A stretch of DNA of 64,000 nucleotides from Eledone cirrhosa (taxonomy: Eukaryota): NCBI GenBank assembly GCA_964016885.1, contig OZ024744.1, positions 32,488,001-32,552,000 on the forward strand, given 5' to 3'. This document shows, one piece after another, positions 58,104 to 64,000 of this stretch. The translations under genes were made by a program, and so were the position numbers. The notes under the pieces were generated by a model. It was not told the origin of the DNA. It saw only the letters and a program-made list of their open reading frames with translations, and did no database searches. How positions within the stretch are numbered: the first letter of the stretch is position 1; every line of letters begins with the position of its first letter.

Positions 58104-60800
58104 TTAATTGTAAGTTGTGATGTTGCTGTTCCACTCATATTTTCTATTTAATTTTGGTTTTAATTCTTTTATGCTTACTGCCTCTGTAATTTGCCTAAAC
58201 ATTGCGTCTTTCTTGTGTGTGGATTCTATTTTTATTTCTATGCTCTCTAATTTACCCCTGTGTTCTATCTTAGCATGTTGGTAGAGCACAGATGATTCTT
58301 TACTATCTTGGAGGTCTCGCCAGTGTTCATTTATTCGTTCCCCTATACTACGAGCTGTCTCACCTATGTACACTATATTTTTGTTTCTACATTGTCCCTC
58401 AGTACATCTTATGCTATATACTACATTTCTAGTTTTACAGTTAATATGGGGGCTTATTTTACAGGTTATACATTTCTTATCTATACATGAGGGTCTTTGG
58501 AACGGGTATGTCTTGCTAATAAGTGTTTTTACGGAGGTACCAGGTCTTTCTACTATCTTAATATTGAGATTATGTTTCTTTAGGGCCCTTCTAAATTTGT
58601 AGGCTAGTTCACCTCTAGGGGTTGTATTGATGAACATTACACTCTGGTATTTATTGCTATCATACCATGAGTTTATTCTATTGGCCTTGTTCTTAGTTCT
58701 TTCTATTCTATTCCAAAATTTGCTCCTATACAAGGGGCAGGTCCCATTTATGTCATTATTTACCATTTTTTCCCATTTGGTTCTGGCTCCTTTATACACT
58801 CTGATTCTATCTCTCTGATTGTAGCCAGAGAACTGCATACGGTGGATGAAGTGTTGTATGTGTCTCTCTAGTTCTTCGGGGTTGCACATGCGGGACACAT
58901 TTCTCATCACCCGTATCAAATCCGCAATCAGTATGTTGATTTTGGTATGGTCCGAAATGGCCGAGTTTCGGTGGATCAGATGTTTGGAAGTCATGGGTTT
59001 GGCATAATGGGAATGGAGGATTTGTTTTTGGTTGTTAATAGTATCTAACCAGAGCTCTGTGTCTAGTACAGGTAATCGATGGTTGGGGTGTCTACTTGGG
59101 TAGTCTATAGTAACTCTAATGCTCTGGTGGATGGAGTTTGCTATTTGCTGGATGCTTTCCATTGTGTTTTTCTCAGGTTCCTGACTGTTCTTTAGTGGGG
59201 GTGTCTTAACTACGATGTTTATATCATCTACGTAGCGGGAGTACATTATCAGGGTTAATCTGTCTTCTAATTGTTCTTTAAGTTTTTGTTTAAGTCTACT
59301 GTCCCACCATACCATGAACAAGTTAGCTATGTCGCCTGCAATGCTAACACCAATGGCTGCTCCTTCCTCTTGGGCATATGTTTTACCATTAAATTTGAAC
59401 ATATGTTCCTTAAGGGTTAATTTTATGCTGGCCCCTACCGCATGTGCAATCATTTTCTTCAGTTCATCGTGGTTTTCGGGTGTCCGTATGGCTCTGGTCC
59501 ACCCGTTCCATCTATCTGTGTGGGTTTTCTTGGCCATTGAGGTAATGGTAGGTGGTCTGCCTCTTGCTGGTCTTGTAGGGCACAGGTTGCTAAGGTCATA
59601 AGTGTCTAGGTAACTATTACTATGGGTAAGCTTAAGTAGAAGTCCCAGCTCACTGGTATCAATCCCACGGAACTCAACCTTGCTCTCGCTGATCATTTCG
59701 ACGCATTTCTCCACAGCAAAATCCACGTCAATAGATGGATACAGGGACACAACATCCATACTGCCTATTATGCAGTTTGTTAGGTCCCCAGATCGGTTAC
59801 CCGCGTCGATTCTGCTGAGGAGGTCCTCCGTGCTGTCACACACATCTGGGGACATCTCAATGATGGGGCGTATGATCAGGGAGAGGAAGTAGGACAGTCT
59901 GTAGTTACTAGCAATGTTAGCCCCACAGACTGGCCGTGTTGGTGGTCCCGCGACAGGGTCCCAGCCCGTTTTATGGTCTTTTCGAAGCCCATACAACGCC
60001 GGCACGTCATTGTTCCAGGCCTGGAAGTTGTTGGCAGTCCTTTTGTTGGGCTGCATTATATTTGTCCACATCACCATATGGGCATTGAGGGTTTTTTCTC
60101 TGTCCTCATGCTCCTGTGGTGTTACCTCTCTTGTGTTAGTGATGTGGGGTTGCATTGCCTGGATGTAGTTTGGCAGGCTGTCAACCGACATTCTGCCAGA
60201 CTTGTCTGTTGGAAAGCATGCTATCTCTCCATTACGCGAGCGCTGCATGAGCTTACGCAAGCCATTTGCAGATTCTTCTCCCAGTTGCTGGGCCTCTATT
60301 CTATTATGCTTCTTGCTATACTGTTCTATAATATTTCTAAGTTCGGATTTAGCTATACTAAATTGTGCTTCTGTTTGTTCATCGACCTGCGACGGCAACT
60401 GCGTGCGTTTGTTAAATGGCAAAGTCGTGGCGTGGACTCGTCGTAGGTCGAATGATTTATCGGAGTGGTTATAAAACGGAGAGTTCCAGGCTGCTGCTTT
60501 ATGTGTACTTGCGCTATTGTTAGTTGTGTTGTTTCTATTTCCACCAACAGCAGCAGCCTCAGCTTCATGGTTGTTTCTATGTCTCTCATAATTACTCCTG
60601 TCTCTTTCCACTGGCTCAATGTTGTTATCTACCCTATTTTGTGTGTCTGTGTGTTCGTCTTGGTTATTCTCTTTGTCCTTAGTCTCCCTACTCCTTTTAA
60701 TCCTATTACTTTCTCTTATTTCTCTGATTTCTGTGCTACTGTCATTACTTGTTTTCTGTGTCTGTGTGTTTGTTAAGATTGTAGTGGTGGTGAGAGGCAT
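58104..60800 (-). CDS. PLE RT + GIY-YIG polyprotein (Nematis-like); frame open from ~61190, first ATG at 60800 (898 aa)
   Basis: PTDKSG, LYGLRKDHK, GSMDVVSLYPSI, GAAIGVS, RYVDD, LPVLD, CIDKKCITC, VVYSIRC..VYIGETARSIGERINEH; no stops. Confidence 0.9.
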   Translation of the reverse strand: MPLTTTTILTNTQTQKTSNDSSTEIREIRESNRIKRSRETKDKENNQDEHTDTQNRVDNNIEPVERDRSNYERHRNNHEAEAAAVGGNRNNTTNNSASTHKAAAWNSPFYNHSDKSFDLRRVHATTLPFNKRTQLPSQVDEQTEAQFSIAKSELRNIIEQYSKKHNRIEAQQLGEESANGLRKLMQRSRNGEIACFPTDKSGRMSVDSLPNYIQAMQPHITNTREVTPQEHEDREKTLNAHMVMWTNIMQPNKRTANNFQAWNNDVPALYGLRKDHKTGWDPVAGPPTRPVCGANIASNYRLSYFLSLIIRPIIEMSPDVCDSTEDLLSRIDAGNRSGDLTNCIIGSMDVVSLYPSIDVDFAVEKCVEMISESKVEFRGIDTSELGLLLKLTHSNSYLDTYDLSNLCPTRPARGRPPTITSMAKKTHTDRWNGWTRAIRTPENHDELKKMIAHAVGASIKLTLKEHMFKFNGKTYAQEEGAAIGVSIAGDIANLFMVWWDSRLKQKLKEQLEDRLTLIMYSRYVDDINIVVKTPPLKNSQEPEKNTMESIQQIANSIHQSIRVTIDYPSRHPNHRLPVLDTELWLDTINNQKQILHSHYAKPMTSKHLIHRNSAISDHTKINILIADLIRVMRNVSRMCNPEELERHIQHFIHRMQFSGYNQRDRIRVYKGARTKWEKMVNNDINGTCPLYRSKFWNRIERTKNKANRINSWYDSNKYQSVMFINTTPRGELAYKFRRALKKHNLNIKIVERPGTSVKTLISKTYPFQRPSCIDKKCITCKISPHINCKTRNVVYSIRCTEGQCRNKNIVYIGETARSIGERINEHWRDLQDSKESSVLYQHAKIEHRGKLESIEIKIESTHKKDAMFRQITEAVSIKELKPKLNRKYEWNSNITTYN

Positions 60801-61249
60801 TGAATGTGTGTGTGTTGTTGTTGTTGATGTGTGTTGTTGTTGATGTGTGTTGTTGTCTCCGTGTGTGTGTGTGTTATCGTTGTTGTGTGTGTTGTTATTG
60901 TTGTTTGTGTTTGCGTGTCTGTTGTTGTTGTATCTGGGTATGTTGCTGTTGTTGTTGTTGTTGATGTGTGTGTTGTTGTTATTGTTGTCTCCGTGTGTGT
61001 TGTTATTGTTGTTTGTGTCTGCGTGTCTGTTGTATCTGGGTATGTTGCTATTGTTGGTATTGTATCTGGGTATGTTGCTATTGTTGTTGTTATTGTTTGT
61101 GTCTGTGTGTCTGTTGTTGTTGGGATGTGTGTTGTATATGTGTGTGCGTATATTGTTGCTTTTGTTTTTGTTTTTGATGCTCCAGCGTAGTATATATATA
61201 TATATACGTATATATATGTATATATATATATATTTTTTTTTCTTTCCTT

Positions 61250-62834
61250 TAGCCTTCGACCGCCCCCTCCCCCCACACATATCCTCCACTAACACCACTA
61301 ATACACCCCTCCTTTTCACCGCCCACCCCACAACTAACAATACTAACACCTCCACTCCACCCCTCATCCGACCACCCTTCCCCAACTAACATCCCTCCCT
61401 TCTTCCCCTCCCCCCTCCTTATCACACGCACACACCCACCGGCACATATATACACGCGCTCACACTAATCACACACCCTACTACCACCACTAACCCTCAC
61501 CCCCACACCTCCAATGCACCAGCCCGCAACTAACATCACTAACACCCCCTGACCCCAAACACACGAACACACGCACCCACTTACACCACCAACCCTACAC
61601 GCAACTAACATCACTAACACCCCCAACCCCACGCACACGTACCAAACACACCCTCGTACACCACCAACTCTACACACCCTACCACCACTAACCCCCACTC
61701 ACACCTACAACCCTTTCTCCACCTCCCGTATACTAACACCCACTAACACCCCCTTCAACAAACTACACACACACCAGTACACCACACTCCCTCCATCGAC
61801 CCCCACACCCTTCTCTCCCCGCTCCGCACATACCCTTTCTCCACACTCACTCATCCCACTAACACCTCTACTAATACACACACACACCCTCCTCACTCCA
61901 ACTTTCACACCTACCCATCCTCGCCCCTTTACCATTCCACCCGACTGCTGCTATGCCCTCCGACCCCTCCCAGCACATACAGACACACAGCAATCCTACC
62001 GCCTTGACCACTTCCTATTGCGCGCACACAACACATCTCTCCTCTTCCGACCATCTCTTCATGGAATACTCGTATGTGGAGCTTGACCGTGGAATCTACT
62101 ACCATCATAGGAGTTTACCAACATTTCAACCACATCCTCTTACGGAATCACCTATATAACTCACCCACACACACACCCAAAAAAGTTTTTTTCTCCCACA
62201 CGCCACCTACACCCACAACACGCTTAAACCCAACACACACGTGCTTTCCACCACATATTTACACCTTCAGCCTCCGGATTCCTCTCCCCCCACCCCTCTA
62301 TCCACACACGCACACACACTCCGACCTATACCGCACCCCACACACACCTCTTCCTGAACATGCAACCCCGTTCTTCCCCCAACCCTTGCTTTCACATACA
62401 CACACACACACACACGTACACCTACACACACACACCACTTCATCCCTCCCCGCTCGGACACCTCGTCACCCTCTCCCCACTCCACCCGCCACCACCCCTA
62501 CACCCCCCACCCTTCCCCGACCTGTTTTATCCCTTTTTAATTTCACTTTATTTTGATCATGCTTTTATTTTTATTTAATTTCATTTTATTTTGATCATGC
62601 TTTATTTTTATTTTTATTTTTAATTTCATTCGCACCGTTCCCCCTCCCCTTCGTTATATGTCTCTCCACCACTCCCCTACACAACCTTTGAACTCTCTTC
62701 CCACACACTTCTCACCTGAGGAAGGGCTTATGCCCGAAACGTCGTTCCCCACCACCACCCTACTCTCCAGAGCGTGAAATTAATAAACATTCGTTGTACT
62801 GCCTCTCTGTTTTGTTCCTGTTCAAATTTTCCAT

Positions 62835-62835
<1 letters not shown>
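61250..62835 (+). mobile_element. 3' portion of the C-rich Neptune-like family (homolog of ~35800-37283)
   Basis: Collinear blocks (cactaac repeats, gaccacttcct.ttgcgcgc, cctgaacatg.aacccc, gagcgtgaaa.taataaac). Confidence 0.82.
62714..62745 (+). ncRNA. Minimal hammerhead motif
   Basis: CUGAGGA-A-GGGC-UUAU-GCCC-GAAA-CG-UC; stem I only ~2 bp. Confidence 0.65.
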
Positions 62836-62893
<58 letters not shown>

Positions 62894-62993
62894 GTATATA
62901 TACGTATATATATATATATATACATACGTATATATACGTATATATACATATATATACGTATATATACGTATATATATATATATATGTATATAC

Positions 62994-63110
<117 letters not shown>

Positions 63111-63135
63111 TATATATACGTATATATACATATAC

Positions 63136-63171
<36 letters not shown>

Positions 63172-63173
<2 letters not shown>

Positions 63174-63230
63174 TCTTTTACTCTTTTACCTGTTTCAGCC
63201 ATCCGGCTGAGGCCATGCTGGGGCACCGCC
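63172..63230 (-). mobile_element. SINE terminus fragment (octopus-type)
   Basis: ctcttttactcttttac.tgtttcag.cat...ggccatgctgg.gcaccgcc matches my recollection of an octopus SINE end; strand inferred. Confidence 0.55.
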
Positions 63231-63357
63231 CTCGTTGCTACACATTTATATATTTAAATTTATATATATACGTATATATACATATCTATATATACATATC
63301 TATATATACATATCTATATATACATATCTATATATATATATATATACGTATATATAC

Positions 63358-63397
<40 letters not shown>

Positions 63398-63445
63398 GTA
63401 TATATATATATATTACACACATATATATATACGTATGTATATATG

Positions 63446-63538
<93 letters not shown>

Positions 63539-63612
63539 TAGATAGATACGTATATATATATGTGTATATTTATGTATATATATAAATAGGTATATATATA
63601 TATACATATACG

Positions 63613-63688
<76 letters not shown>

Positions 63689-63763
63689 TAGATAGATACG
63701 TATATATATATGTATATATTTATGTATATATATATATAGGTATATATATATATATACATATAC

Positions 63764-63954
<191 letters not shown>

Positions 63955-64000
63955 TTATCCTTATCGAGCCCTCTTTGGATTTTAGTCTTCAAATTTATTA

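Noticed and set aside
60801-61385. N-terminal part of the 1093 aa ORF as called
   Set aside because: The called start lies in a different, opposite-strand element and reads through a TA run; only the part below ~61190 belongs to this PLE

Overview
Gene-free, repeat-saturated animal DNA, most likely octopus/cephalopod (inferred from two short fragments resembling octopus SINEs as I recall them). No host gene, rRNA, tRNA or CRISPR array is visible. The window is a nest of retrotransposons embedded in microsatellites. (1) Five Tx1-clade LINE copies in two tandem arrays; every intact junction lies in a (TATC)n tract in the same orientation. (2) At least seven Penelope-like element (PLE) bodies (Neptune-, Nematis- and Hydra-type) plus many solo or fold-back pseudo-LTRs in (TA)n. 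(3) CR1-like, RTE and R4/Dong LINE pieces and a hATm-like transposase remnant. Folding the PLE termini by eye gives about 25 type I hammerhead ribozyme (HHR) motifs from roughly 15 families. Three unrelated-looking families carry the compensatory core UUGAAAA (U3-A8 instead of C3-G8), five have a U.U pair closing stem II, and most have palindromic stem III (dimer type). In two U3-A8 elements the inverted arm starts at the predicted cleavage site. Most ORF-track entries are microsatellite or antisense artefacts. All structures were folded by eye and clade names come from recalled motifs; no search was run.
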